A stretch of DNA of 64,000 nucleotides, taken from the IMG/VR virus record IMGVR_UViG_3300030012_005163, positions 134,362 through 198,361 of that record; one strand, written 5' to 3'. Shown in pieces: positions 9,678 to 19,607 of the stretch. The first letter of the stretch is position 1, and each line of letters begins with the position of its first letter. Under the pieces are notes generated by a model that saw only the letters and a list, made by a program, of their open reading frames with translations, was not told where the DNA came from and made no database searches. Origin of the DNA: a virus. Made by a program: the position numbers and the translations under genes.

Positions 9678-9938
9678 ATGAACGACATTGAATTAAAACA
9701 CATAATTAAAGAAGCGTTAACTAAAACCGATGAAAATAAAATTGGTGTAATGATACGTAAAGAGATTAAGGATGCGTTTGGTAGTGATTTAGAGAAAAAA
9801 GTTGCTAATATTGTTAATAAAGAAATAAAGGGGACTAAGTTTGAAAAGGAAGTGGTTAAGATTAGTAAAGATGTATTAGAGCAACTTTATAGAGAATTAT
9901 GGATGAGACGTATGTTTTGGAAAAACGCAATAAAATAA
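9678..9938 (+). CDS. hypothetical protein
   Basis: ORF behind an ATATTTATA motif; KHIIKE leader-like motif. Confidence 0.6.
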   Translation: MNDIELKHIIKEALTKTDENKIGVMIRKEIKDAFGSDLEKKVANIVNKEIKGTKFEKEVVKISKDVLEQLYRELWMRRMFWKNAIK

Positions 9939-11092
9939 TGGAAGATATAAAAAAAACCTACGATAAAGTAAGAGATATAATATTATCTTGTAATAATGCA
10001 TCACAATTGAGGGTAGCGGTTAAGGTATTTAATAAACTATTAGATAAACATAATAAGGATTTAACTGATAAACAAATAAATACTTTAAAACAATTAATCG
10101 GATTAATGAGAATCAAATGTGTTAAAGGAAAAGAAGAGGATAAAGTAAATGAAATTTTTAATAGTGGAAAAGATTTTAAAACTCAATTAAATTTAAGTGG
10201 ACAAAGTGAATTACAAGATTTAGCACCTCAAATGAAAGAAGAAATTAACATAGGTACACAGATAGAACAAAACCATTTACCATTAGAACAAGCACAGGAA
10301 CTAGCTACTCAAAATGTAAATAAAATTGCTGACTATTACACTAATCCTAACTTTTGTATTATTGCAGTAGAAAGTAAAAATGGTAATAAAAAAACTATTA
10401 GAGTAGAAAAAGAATTGTACGAAAAAAGTAAAACTGATGATTTACAATTAATAATGGATGATATGGAAATATTTCATGAAGATTTAGATACTAATGAAAT
10501 TTCAAACAGACTTAGAGATCAGTTAAGACAACAACAAAGACAAAGATTTACTAAAAGTGAAATTTTTAATAAAATAAGAGAAAAAAGAAAGCAAGAATTA
10601 AAAAGAAGAAGAGCAGAAGATGAGGTAAATGATGGAGAATTAGAAGAAGCCACAGGTGCTAGTAGTGCAGGTGCCTTTGTTGCTCCATTAAATCAAGAAC
10701 CTATTACTAGGAGATTTGCTAAGAATGAAATACCGGTAACTAAAAATGGTATCACTAAACCTATAGGTAAAATATATTCAATGGATATTTTAGAAGAAGA
10801 TGACGAAATTGAAGAAGCGGTGGATTATGGTTCTGCGGTAGGTTCTTATGTTACACCAGCAATGTGGGCGAAAAATAAAAAGAACTGGAGAGGAGCAAAT
10901 AAATTAGCTTATCCCGGTGGTAAATTTGTTAATATAAAAGAAAAATGTTCTACCTTTCCTTATTGTAATCAAGGGTATGGTAGTAAAAAAACTTCTCCAA
11001 TTACTTTGACAAATACCTCTGATATGAAAATTGATAATGTATTCAATGAGAATAAAATAATTAAAAAAAGTAATTTAAAACTTAAAAAATAA
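9938..11092 (+). CDS. hypothetical phage protein (possible virion-associated)
   Basis: Long ORF, TAATG-coupled to the previous gene (ATG at 9938); Gly/Ala-rich segments LEEATGASSAGAFVAP and IEEAVDYGSAVGSY. Confidence 0.7.
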   Translation: MEDIKKTYDKVRDIILSCNNASQLRVAVKVFNKLLDKHNKDLTDKQINTLKQLIGLMRIKCVKGKEEDKVNEIFNSGKDFKTQLNLSGQSELQDLAPQMKEEINIGTQIEQNHLPLEQAQELATQNVNKIADYYTNPNFCIIAVESKNGNKKTIRVEKELYEKSKTDDLQLIMDDMEIFHEDLDTNEISNRLRDQLRQQQRQRFTKSEIFNKIREKRKQELKRRRAEDEVNDGELEEATGASSAGAFVAPLNQEPITRRFAKNEIPVTKNGITKPIGKIYSMDILEEDDEIEEAVDYGSAVGSYVTPAMWAKNKKNWRGANKLAYPGGKFVNIKEKCSTFPYCNQGYGSKKTSPITLTNTSDMKIDNVFNENKIIKKSNLKLKK

Positions 11093-11137
11093 TACATTAT
11101 CTAATTAATGTATATTTATATATAAACACACAATAAA

Positions 11138-11986
11138 ATGGAAAAGAAATTTTTAACTAAAAATACTAAAGTAACCATTAAAGAAGAAGCAGCACCTAAT
11201 GGATTAAAAACTTATGAAAAAGTTCATAAAGAAGATGGGACAATAAATAATGATGCATTAAAGGCGATAGGTAAAAAGTTAGAAGATTATTATGGTGATG
11301 AATTAAAAGAATTGGATCCGGTATTAAAAGTGGACAGAGAACAAGATGCAACTGGTGATGTTAACGTATATGATGTAGAAGCATTGGGTACTGGAATGCA
11401 AGGATTAAAATATGATGACGAAGGTAGTGAGGTATTTAAAAAGTTTATGAAGAGAATGGATGATTTAAATGATACTTCGGAATATGATAAAGAGTTTGGC
11501 ACTAAAGATGGTTTTGGTGAGACAGATGAAAAAGATGATACTTACGAAAAATTAGAAAAAGCATCTGATGAGTATAAAAAGAATAAATATGATGAACCTA
11601 ATCCTGAAATTGCAACACGTAGACTAAGGGTTCAAACAGAATCAAAAAATGATAAAATGAAAAGATTAAATTTTAAAACAGAATTTTCTTCAGTAGAAGA
11701 AGTAAAAGAATTAATACCTGAAAATTATAAGGTTGAAAACCACACTTTTTTAATGACAGATGGTAACCAAACATTTAAAATGAGATGGGATGAATCATTG
11801 AATGAGGCTACAGTATTAAATTTTAGAAATGAAAAATCTATAAAGGAGAATGTAGAAAAGATGAAGAAATTATATGATTTCCAATATGGTGATGTTAACA
11901 CAAAAACTAATGATTATACTGAAGAAACTAAAGTTTTTAAAAACTTAATGGAATCAGTTAAAGATAAAAACTTATTATCGGATTAA
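11138..11986 (+). CDS. hypothetical acidic phage protein
   Basis: Long ORF behind GTATATTTATA; several L/I-x-E motifs (TIKEE, LNEA, IKEN, LMES). Confidence 0.7.
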   Translation: MEKKFLTKNTKVTIKEEAAPNGLKTYEKVHKEDGTINNDALKAIGKKLEDYYGDELKELDPVLKVDREQDATGDVNVYDVEALGTGMQGLKYDDEGSEVFKKFMKRMDDLNDTSEYDKEFGTKDGFGETDEKDDTYEKLEKASDEYKKNKYDEPNPEIATRRLRVQTESKNDKMKRLNFKTEFSSVEEVKELIPENYKVENHTFLMTDGNQTFKMRWDESLNEATVLNFRNEKSIKENVEKMKKLYDFQYGDVNTKTNDYTEETKVFKNLMESVKDKNLLSD

Positions 11987-12006
11987 CCACCCACAAACCA
12001 CTAATT

Positions 12007-12032
12007 AAACCTCCATTTATGGGGGTTTTTTT
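12007..12032 (+). terminator. intrinsic terminator
   Basis: AAACCTCCAT-TT-ATGGGGGTTT hairpin with T tract. Confidence 0.7.
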
Positions 12033-12056
12033 ATGCTTTCATTATATTTATATGTA

Positions 12057-12824
12057 ATGGAACTTAATTTTAAAAATATATTATTAGAATCAATTATTGA
12101 TGAATTAGAAACTTTAACTAGAATGGATAAGGCAGTTCTTAAGTTTATTCACCAATCAATGGATAAAGAAAAATTTAACCATACAGTTGGTAAAAGTAGT
12201 TATGAGATGGAAGCAAGTGATGCATTAAGGATTAATGATTTAATTGAGACTTTTGGGTTAAAGGATTATGATTATGTTTTTAAAATGTGGAATTTTTATA
12301 AAAAGTTTGGTGGTGTTTTATTTGATGAAGAAGCATTTGATGACTTTTCATATAGTAAAGAAGATTATGATGAAACAACTGAAGTAATTCTTGCAAAATA
12401 TTATTTAGATAATATTGTGGGTAGAGAAATATATCCTGGTTGGACTGTAGGATCTATGGAAAATGATCCTATTACTATGGTTGAAGAAGGATTATTAACT
12501 ATGTTTGTAACTAATAGTGAGTTTGAACACATATTCCTCCCTATCGTAGATTTCAAAAGTGATTGGTTAAAAGGAGACTTAATGACTAATAATGAAAATG
12601 GTTTAGGTGTGTATTTTTCAGAGGATATTAAAGTGTCTAAATATAATGATATTATTGATGCAATTGAAATACCAAACCCAATAAGACGTTTAAATAATTT
12701 AAGTGATGAAAGTTTGGAAAAATATTTTGATTTCATTATTGAACAATTACAGGATGAGATCGAACAGTGGGATGAAGATATCCGACACTACTACGAAAAA
12801 ATTAAACCAGAAAGAGAAGGTTAA
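12057..12824 (+). CDS. acidic paralog-family protein
   Basis: ATG at 12057 preferred; NILLES leader and LTRMDKAVLKFIH motif shared with the genes at 45427-51620. Confidence 0.65.
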   Translation: MELNFKNILLESIIDELETLTRMDKAVLKFIHQSMDKEKFNHTVGKSSYEMEASDALRINDLIETFGLKDYDYVFKMWNFYKKFGGVLFDEEAFDDFSYSKEDYDETTEVILAKYYLDNIVGREIYPGWTVGSMENDPITMVEEGLLTMFVTNSEFEHIFLPIVDFKSDWLKGDLMTNNENGLGVYFSEDIKVSKYNDIIDAIEIPNPIRRLNNLSDESLEKYFDFIIEQLQDEIEQWDEDIRHYYEKIKPEREG

Positions 12825-12861
12825 TTCGGATAAACCAATAATAGAACAAAAAAATAGAAAT

Positions 12862-13698
12862 ATGTTATTAAAAAAAGGAAGTAAAGGTGATGATGTTAAA
12901 GAATTACAAAAATTATTAAATATCACTGTTGATGGTGATTTCGGTCCTGCAACTGAACTAGCAGTAATGAGATTTCAAGCACAAAACGGTTTAAAAACTG
13001 ATGGTATAGTCGGCCCTAAGACATGGAAAAAGATAGAAAGTAGAAATAACAGTATAGAAAAAAGTGATGGGTACGTATGGATATTAGATAATGGACATGG
13101 AGGTATAATAGACGGTGTATATCAGACACCTGGTAAACGATCACCTAAGTGGGAGGATGGTACACAGTTATTTGAAGGAGAGTTCAATAGAGCGGTCGTA
13201 AATAGAATTATTAAGATGTGTGAAAAAGATGGTATTGAATGTATTAATTTAGTTGATACAGAAAAAGATTTATCATTAAGATGGAGAACTGATAAAGCAA
13301 ATGACATATACAGAGAAAGACAACAAAGTGATGGTAAGAAATGTATTTATGTTTCAGTACACGCTAATGGATTTAATAAAGAATCCGCACACGGTTGGTC
13401 AGTATATACAACTGTAGGTGAAACTAAATCTGATAAAATTGCTCAAATATTACATGAAAAGGCAAAAGCAGAATTCCCAACACATAAAATGAGGGTAGAT
13501 ACAAGAGATGGAGACGCAGATAAAGAATCTAATTTTTGGGTTCTACGTAAAGTAGTTATGCCTTCCATATTATCAGAAAACTTCTTTATGACTAATAGAG
13601 AAGAAAGTAAACTACTTTTAAGTGAGGAGGGAAGAGATAGGATAGCTAAAATACACTACCAAATGATAAAAGAAGTAGAATCCAAAAAAATTATTTAA
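12862..13698 (+). CDS. peptidoglycan-binding domain + N-acetylmuramoyl-L-alanine amidase (Amidase_3), endolysin-like
   Basis: LLKKGSKGDDVKELQ...DGDFGPATE...DGIVGPKTW (PG_binding_1); ILDNGHGG, EGEFN, VSVHANG and ILSENFFMTN (Amidase_3 Zn ligands intact). Start at 12862 rather than 12703. Confidence 0.9.
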   Translation: MLLKKGSKGDDVKELQKLLNITVDGDFGPATELAVMRFQAQNGLKTDGIVGPKTWKKIESRNNSIEKSDGYVWILDNGHGGIIDGVYQTPGKRSPKWEDGTQLFEGEFNRAVVNRIIKMCEKDGIECINLVDTEKDLSLRWRTDKANDIYRERQQSDGKKCIYVSVHANGFNKESAHGWSVYTTVGETKSDKIAQILHEKAKAEFPTHKMRVDTRDGDADKESNFWVLRKVVMPSILSENFFMTNREESKLLLSEEGRDRIAKIHYQMIKEVESKKII

Positions 13699-13744
13699 TA
13701 ATAACTCTTTATTAGAGTAATAAGTGTTATTATATTAGTATTAT

Positions 13745-14212
13745 ATGAATAGTGCAGAATTTATACATTACATTTCCAAACCTCTAACTATGGAGGAAAT
13801 GACGTTATTATATAAAGCTAATAATATAAATTATGATAAATGTAATTTATATTATGATTTTATATTAACTTTAAATCGTAAAATTAATAATACTTTTTTA
13901 GGTGATGATGTAATTAATTCAGAAAAAGATATTCATAGTCATTTTGATTGGTGTTTTGAAAATACGATTAAAAATTTTACCAAAGAAAGTATTATTTTAA
14001 AAGAAACTATGTTATTAAAAGAGTATTTTTTTAATTTTTATGTAGAATTATTTTATAATACACCTAATAAAAAAGAAGTATTAGAAAAATTAGATAAGTT
14101 CCCCAATATGTCTTTTAAATACTATAGATTGAAAACGAGATCAGATATGGATGTATTATTAGAATTATATCGTATTTTTGAAAAAAGTTTAGATTTTAAG
14201 TTAAAAATATAG
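13745..14212 (+). CDS. hypothetical protein
   Basis: Clean 155-aa ORF in gene order. Confidence 0.65.
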   Translation: MNSAEFIHYISKPLTMEEMTLLYKANNINYDKCNLYYDFILTLNRKINNTFLGDDVINSEKDIHSHFDWCFENTIKNFTKESIILKETMLLKEYFFNFYVELFYNTPNKKEVLEKLDKFPNMSFKYYRLKTRSDMDVLLELYRIFEKSLDFKLKI

Positions 14213-14257
14213 ATTATAGTATTTATTTTATAAGAAAATAGTTTTATAGTTACATAT

Positions 14258-14506
14258 ATGAATAACAAAATTAAGTTTTTAGAAATAGTTTTATCAGATT
14301 TAATATCTGAAAGAGATACGTTAGAATTAGATTTAAATTACACTTTAAATAATTTATCTGTTGAAGCCAGAAAAAGAAAAGAAAAGTTTGTTAAAATTTT
14401 AGAATCTATAGTAAACGTAAATAATAAAATAAACACTCTAACGGAATATTTGGCACAAATAACTGCAACCAATAATATGACGGAAAGTGTAAATGAAGAA
14501 AAATAA
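14258..14506 (+). CDS. hypothetical coiled-coil protein
   Basis: 82-aa ORF in gene order. Confidence 0.6.
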   Translation: MNNKIKFLEIVLSDLISERDTLELDLNYTLNNLSVEARKRKEKFVKILESIVNVNNKINTLTEYLAQITATNNMTESVNEEK

Positions 14507-14527
14507 CAAAAATTAAAATCAAAAAAA

Positions 14528-14716
14528 ATGAAAAATTTTGAAACATTAAAATCATTAGTTGCAAACTTAGAAGAAGATGCAGTAAAATTTTATGAAAAAA
14601 ACAATAAAGCTGCAGGTACAAGAGTAAGAAAAGGGTGTCAAGATATTAAAAATCTTTGTCAAACTATTAGAGTAGAAGTATCTGAATTAAAAAAGGCTGA
14701 TACTGTGACAGTATAA
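14528..14716 (+). CDS. histone H1-like protein (Hc1 family, Bacteroidota type)
   Basis: LEEDAVKFYEKNNKAAGTRVRKGCQDIK matches the conserved KF.EKGNKAAGTR.RK core. Confidence 0.85.
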   Translation: MKNFETLKSLVANLEEDAVKFYEKNNKAAGTRVRKGCQDIKNLCQTIRVEVSELKKADTVTV

Positions 14717-14723
14717 TAAAAAA

Positions 14724-14927
14724 ATGATTATGATGGTAGACATTCTTAATAAAGTATTTTTGTTTTTATTAATTCTTTCTATTTTAAATGTAATACGTAA
14801 TACATTTTTTCTAATAAGAAGTTATGTAGATAAAGAAAGATTTAAATTAGGTAAACCTTCTTTGTTAATTTTAGGAATGTCTATCTCTTATATTATTTTA
14901 ACCTTAATTGAGGGTATAAAAATTTAA
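14724..14927 (+). CDS. small two-TM membrane protein
   Basis: Two hydrophobic segments in 67 aa. Confidence 0.6.
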   Translation: MIMMVDILNKVFLFLLILSILNVIRNTFFLIRSYVDKERFKLGKPSLLILGMSISYIILTLIEGIKI

Positions 14928-14928
14928 A

Positions 14929-15405
14929 ATGATACAAGAAAAATTAAATAGTTTAAGACCATATGTAACAGGTTTAAGATTCGTTAAAGATTTACCTGTT
15001 GTAGATTTAGTTTTAAAAGAAGGGTGGAATATGTTTGAATCGGATAATGTATCTTATAAACCCAGTAGTAATAATAAAAATTATTTTATGGTTTTTCCTA
15101 AAGATCCTAAAGATTCTATAGACGAAGTGGTGACACATGTAGAAAACGTTATAGAGATTAACGTTGAAAAAGAAAATAAATTAGTTTTACTTAAAGCTAA
15201 AATTGAAGAACTTAAAAGATTATTTACAGATAAAAGTTTAAAAGATTTAGAAAGACTTAAATTTGTTTTTCCGGATATTGATGAACCATCTTTATCGGAT
15301 ATAAATATTTCTTCTGTAAGTAGACATGTTAGTAAAGAAGGTAAAAATGTGGAATTACCACCCAAACCTAATAAAGAAAAGGTTTTAGAAAAAGAGGAAA
15401 ATTAA
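14929..15405 (+). CDS. hypothetical protein
   Basis: 158-aa ORF coupled to the previous gene. Confidence 0.65.
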   Translation: MIQEKLNSLRPYVTGLRFVKDLPVVDLVLKEGWNMFESDNVSYKPSSNNKNYFMVFPKDPKDSIDEVVTHVENVIEINVEKENKLVLLKAKIEELKRLFTDKSLKDLERLKFVFPDIDEPSLSDINISSVSRHVSKEGKNVELPPKPNKEKVLEKEEN

Positions 15406-15416
15406 TTCCTCTTTTT

Positions 15417-15737
15417 TTATGCCTCAAAGTATTCTTGAAAGGTATGTATTAACCAAGTGGTTCCAGATAAAAGACAACTATCTAAAAATATAGCAATAAA
15501 AAAATTATCTAAACCGTAATGTGTTAGGGGTGAAAATTGAGTATAACCCAATAATTGAGTACTAGTAGATAAAAATGCACCTACCCAAAAAGGTAAACAC
15601 ATCATACAACTAAATAACTTACCCCAAAAATCTGGAGAGTATAAATTTAATTTATCTCTTAACCCTTCGAAGATACTTCCATATACTATTATGTTACATA
15701 TTCCATAACATACCAAAATAGTTAAAATAATACTCAT
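15417..15737 (-). CDS. DUF1360-like membrane protein
   Basis: Hydrophobic protein with GKLFSCMMCLPFWVG (C-x-x-C-x-x-x-W motif). Confidence 0.6.
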   Translation of the reverse strand: MSIILTILVCYGICNIIVYGSIFEGLRDKLNLYSPDFWGKLFSCMMCLPFWVGAFLSTSTQLLGYTQFSPLTHYGLDNFFIAIFLDSCLLSGTTWLIHTFQEYFEA

Positions 15738-15784
15738 TTTTTTATGTTTTTTATACTATTTATTATATAGTAAATATAGTAAAA

Positions 15785-16210
15785 ATGAGATTAATAGTCA
15801 ATGATAAACAATATAAACGTTTAATAGAACAACAAAATAAAGAAAACAACTTTGTTAATGGTTGGGGATTATTGATTAAAGATACTATATTAAAAAGATT
15901 AGAAAATAAAACTTTAAGTGAAAATATTATTTCACTAAATAAATTAAATATTAAATTAGGTAATAAAAAGTTTTTTAATGAATTACCTATTGATAATCTA
16001 ATATTAAATATTTATAATGAAAGTATTGATGATTTTCAGAGTGAGTGGGATGAGGAAGAAACTTATTTATGTGAATCTAAACATATAAAAAATGTAGTTT
16101 TAGATATTACAATAAATGGAGAAAAAGAATTAAATGAAACTATTAATGAAAATTATATTAAAATAAATTTGTTAAAAATAAAAAAATGGTATGAAAATAA
16201 AAATAACTGA
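15785..16210 (+). CDS. hypothetical protein with MRLIVNDKQYKRLIE leader
   Basis: Leader resembles the MKIKLTESQY family. Confidence 0.6.
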   Translation: MRLIVNDKQYKRLIEQQNKENNFVNGWGLLIKDTILKRLENKTLSENIISLNKLNIKLGNKKFFNELPIDNLILNIYNESIDDFQSEWDEEETYLCESKHIKNVVLDITINGEKELNETINENYIKINLLKIKKWYENKNN

Positions 16211-17213
16211 ACAACAATTAATAAAGATTAAAGAAGATAGTGAGTCTTCTGAAACTTTAACTACTTTGGCAAATTTAACTTCTACTGCAGATAAATGGCA
16301 AGAGGATTTAGATGGTAAATATTTACGTAGATTTAGAAAAAACAATAAAGAACATGTTAAAAGAATTCAAACAATGTTAACTCTATTGGGTTATGATGTA
16401 GGGCACTATGGTGATGGTGAACCGGTTATAGACGGTATATATGGACCTGACACTGCAGAGGCAGTTAGAAAATTTCAAAAAGACACTTTTATTGAACCCA
16501 TTGAGTGGGATAGTATAGTAGGACCTAAAACCTATACTGAATTATATGTTGATATAGAAGAATTAGGAGATGAACATGCTATGTCAGTAGAAGAGATTTT
16601 ATTATTAGGTTTGGACGATGAAAATATTATGGGTGATGAAGATGATCCACATTATGGTGATGACGAAGAAGAGGAAGAAGGTGAAGGAGAGGAAGAAGAA
16701 TTAAATTGGGATGAAGTTGGTGCTGGTGACTATGAAATAAGTGATGAAGTAAGTAAGTTAGGAAAAGAAGTTGTGGATAAAGCATCGGAAAGACTAGGTG
16801 AACCTTATAAGTGGGGTGGTAAATTTGATGGTGTAGGTGGTGATTGTAGTGGATTAGTAGATTGGACATTTAGACATGTTGATGGTGTTGATTCACCGGG
16901 AAGAGATACTACTTCTACATTAAAAAGAGAAGAAGGTTTCAGAGCGGGAAAAGATAACTATAACGAAGTAAAACCAGGCGATATTTTATTATTTGATGGT
17001 AAAAAAGCGAGACATACTGGAATTGTATCTGATGTAAATGGTGACACAATTAGTATGATTCATTCTGCAGGTACTGGTTGGGATAAGGGTACTAAAAGAG
17101 GAGTACAAATAACTAAAGATACATTTAATGGTTATAAGTATTTTAGAAATAATTATTTAGGTTACGTCCCTTTAGAGTATTTTATGGTTGACAAAGGAGA
17201 TGTAATGGCTTAA
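16191..17213 (+). CDS. PG-binding + NlpC/P60 peptidoglycan endopeptidase
   Basis: DGIYGPDTAEAVRKFQ and DSIVGPKT (PG-binding); YKWGG...GDCSGLV and RHTGIV (NlpC/P60 Cys/His); acidic linker. Confidence 0.85.
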   Translation: MKIKITEQQLIKIKEDSESSETLTTLANLTSTADKWQEDLDGKYLRRFRKNNKEHVKRIQTMLTLLGYDVGHYGDGEPVIDGIYGPDTAEAVRKFQKDTFIEPIEWDSIVGPKTYTELYVDIEELGDEHAMSVEEILLLGLDDENIMGDEDDPHYGDDEEEEEGEGEEEELNWDEVGAGDYEISDEVSKLGKEVVDKASERLGEPYKWGGKFDGVGGDCSGLVDWTFRHVDGVDSPGRDTTSTLKREEGFRAGKDNYNEVKPGDILLFDGKKARHTGIVSDVNGDTISMIHSAGTGWDKGTKRGVQITKDTFNGYKYFRNNYLGYVPLEYFMVDKGDVMA

Positions 17214-17223
17214 ATTTAATTAT

Positions 17224-17601
17224 ATGAACAAGTACGGAGGAGTTTTATTAATTTGTGAGAAAACAAATAATTTTTTATTATTAAAAAGATCTAAAGAATC
17301 TAGTTACCCCAAAACGTGGTCTATAGTTTCTGGAGGTATAGAAAAAGGTGAAAAACCTTTAGAGGGTATCAAAAGAGAATTAGAAGAAGAAACTGGTATT
17401 AATGATAAAAATATAAGGTACGAATTTTTTGAACATCAAAATCAGTTAATTCCTTATTTTGACTTCTACATTGGATATTGTGATGAAGAATTTGTTTGTA
17501 AGTTAGATAATGAAAATACTGATTGTGGTTGGTTTAACTTAGAAAATTTACCCAAACCATTATTTCCTACCCTTTATTCTTCACTAGTTAGAATTATTTA
17601 A
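17224..17601 (+). CDS. NUDIX hydrolase
   Basis: Nudix box GGIEKGEKPLEGIKRELEEETGI. Confidence 0.9.
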   Translation: MNKYGGVLLICEKTNNFLLLKRSKESSYPKTWSIVSGGIEKGEKPLEGIKRELEEETGINDKNIRYEFFEHQNQLIPYFDFYIGYCDEEFVCKLDNENTDCGWFNLENLPKPLFPTLYSSLVRII

Positions 17602-17614
17602 TTATAATTGTAAT

Positions 17615-17806
17615 ATGGATGAAATAGAAAGAGAAAGATTCAACATAGAAATGGATCGTGAAAAAACTCAACTTAAAAAAGAACAATTTATTCGTGAAAT
17701 TAAAAATGGGTTAGGTGAACACATTAAAAAAAATGGTAATAAAGTTAAAAAAATTAAAAGAAGTAAATGGGAAAACTTCTGGACACGAATAAAAAATATA
17801 TTTTAA
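17615..17806 (+). CDS. hypothetical protein
   Basis: 63-aa ORF in gene order. Confidence 0.55.
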   Translation: MDEIERERFNIEMDREKTQLKKEQFIREIKNGLGEHIKKNGNKVKKIKRSKWENFWTRIKNIF

Positions 17807-17807
17807 A

Positions 17808-18029
17808 ATGGACTTAGAAAAAGTTTTAGAGATAGCAAACGAATGTGTAAGTAATGAAGTAATTCCTACAGAAGGGTTAACTTTAACTTATTTTTTAGAA
17901 AGAAAATTACATAGACATTTAGATGAAGAGTTATTTTATAAAACTAATAATAATAATAGTTCATTTAGTCATAATGAAGAAATAGAAGTTAATATTGCAG
18001 GTATAACTTTTATATTTAAACAGAAATAA
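17808..18029 (+). CDS. hypothetical protein
   Basis: 73-aa ORF in gene order. Confidence 0.55.
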   Translation: MDLEKVLEIANECVSNEVIPTEGLTLTYFLERKLHRHLDEELFYKTNNNNSSFSHNEEIEVNIAGITFIFKQK

Positions 18030-18071
18030 TTTTACATTGTCATTTTTTTTAATTAAGTTTAAAAAAAAGCT

Positions 18072-18833
18072 ATGGAAAATTTGAATCAAATAACTTATAA
18101 TCAATATTCTATCAAAATAGGTAAAAATTGTGATATTGCAGATGATGTCATTATCGGTAAAAACCCCAAAATAGGTAATAATGTTAGAATCTGTTCGGGA
18201 ACTATCATAGGGGATAATGTTAAAATTTATGATGGTGCAATAATTGGATCTGACCCACAAGATTTAGTCTATGAAAATGATATACTCACTCAAACTATCA
18301 TAGGAGATAATGTAACGATAAGAGAATATGTAACAATAAATAGAGGTAGTGAGAGAACTTTAAAAACAGTGGTTGGTGATAATTGTTATCTAATGTCGTA
18401 TTCACACGTATCACATGACACTATCTTAGGTGATAATGTAATTTTAGCTAATTCAGTTCAAATAGGAGGTAATAGTGTTATTGAGGATTTTGTGTTTATG
18501 GGTGGTGGTGCCGTTCTACATCAAAAAGGAAGAATTGGTAAACATGCAATGATAGGTGGTGGGTCCGTTTTAAATAAAGATGTTTTACCATTCTCAACAA
18601 TTTTGGGGGTTAACACTACATTAATAGGTGTTAATATAGTAGGAATTAAAAAGAACTATGATAAAGAAAAAATAAATAATATTCAAAACATATTTAATAA
18701 ACTTAAAGAAGAAGGTTTATTTAGTAATAAAATTAAGTATATAGAATCATTGAGTACTGAAGAATCACAAATTATATGTGATTTTGTTAAAAACAATAAA
18801 AGACCTTTATTATTATGGGAGAAAAAATATTAA
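18072..18833 (+). CDS. lpxA: acyl-ACP--UDP-N-acetylglucosamine O-acyltransferase-like (LpxA)
   Basis: Hexapeptide left-handed beta-helix repeats plus LpxA-specific IGSDPQDL, TIREYVTINRG, LMSYSHVSHD and LANSVQIGG segments. Confidence 0.8.
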   Translation: MENLNQITYNQYSIKIGKNCDIADDVIIGKNPKIGNNVRICSGTIIGDNVKIYDGAIIGSDPQDLVYENDILTQTIIGDNVTIREYVTINRGSERTLKTVVGDNCYLMSYSHVSHDTILGDNVILANSVQIGGNSVIEDFVFMGGGAVLHQKGRIGKHAMIGGGSVLNKDVLPFSTILGVNTTLIGVNIVGIKKNYDKEKINNIQNIFNKLKEEGLFSNKIKYIESLSTEESQIICDFVKNNKRPLLLWEKKY

Positions 18834-19606
18834 GTATTTGTATACCATCGTTGTTTCCTAGAAAAAAACAACTTAATAAATTATTATTAGATTTAGAAAA
18901 ACAAATTAAAATTAATAATTTAGAAGAAATGGTAGAAATACTAGTGTGTGTTGATAATGGAGAAATTACTTTAGGTGAAAAAAGTAATAAACTTGTGAAT
19001 AAAGCGGTAGGGAATTATATTACAGGAATAGGGGATGATGATATTGTAAAACCTACATATGTAAAAGATATATATGATATTGCCAAAAATAAAAAGTATG
19101 ATCAAATAACATTTATAAAAGAATGTGTTGAGGGTAAAAAAATTATCCCTATGGAGTTTTCTAAAAAATATAAAAATTATATTATATTTTTACCTTTTAA
19201 TATAGAAATACATTCTTTAAAATTTTTAAGTAATGAAAGTGATAAATTAATAGTGTATAGAAATAAAAGAATCTTATTTGAAAATAATTTAGTAGTAGGT
19301 TTAGTTTTTATTATTTTTAAAAAGTTTATTAAAAAAATAGCGTGTTACAGTTGGCCCACAATGGTAGTAAAAAAAGATATAGTGGATAAAGTTAAGTTTA
19401 CCGACTTAAAAAGTGGGCAAGATATGGAATGGGCAATAAATTTATCTAAAAAAAAATTAATAAAAAAAGAATATAATATAAATAAACCTTTATATGTGTA
19501 CAAGTTTAATAAGAAAAAATCTAGTAGATTTAACAACACTAATATAATTACTGATATTAACCATACAATAAAACCAGTAGATAAAAAAATAGTAAAATTT
19601 ATATAA
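18815..19606 (+). CDS. glycosyltransferase family 2-like
   Basis: ILSICIPS, ILVCVDNG, GIGDDD (DxD) and GQDMEWA. Confidence 0.7.
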   Translation: MGEKILSICIPSLFPRKKQLNKLLLDLEKQIKINNLEEMVEILVCVDNGEITLGEKSNKLVNKAVGNYITGIGDDDIVKPTYVKDIYDIAKNKKYDQITFIKECVEGKKIIPMEFSKKYKNYIIFLPFNIEIHSLKFLSNESDKLIVYRNKRILFENNLVVGLVFIIFKKFIKKIACYSWPTMVVKKDIVDKVKFTDLKSGQDMEWAINLSKKKLIKKEYNINKPLYVYKFNKKKSSRFNNTNIITDINHTIKPVDKKIVKFI

Positions 19607-19607
19607 A

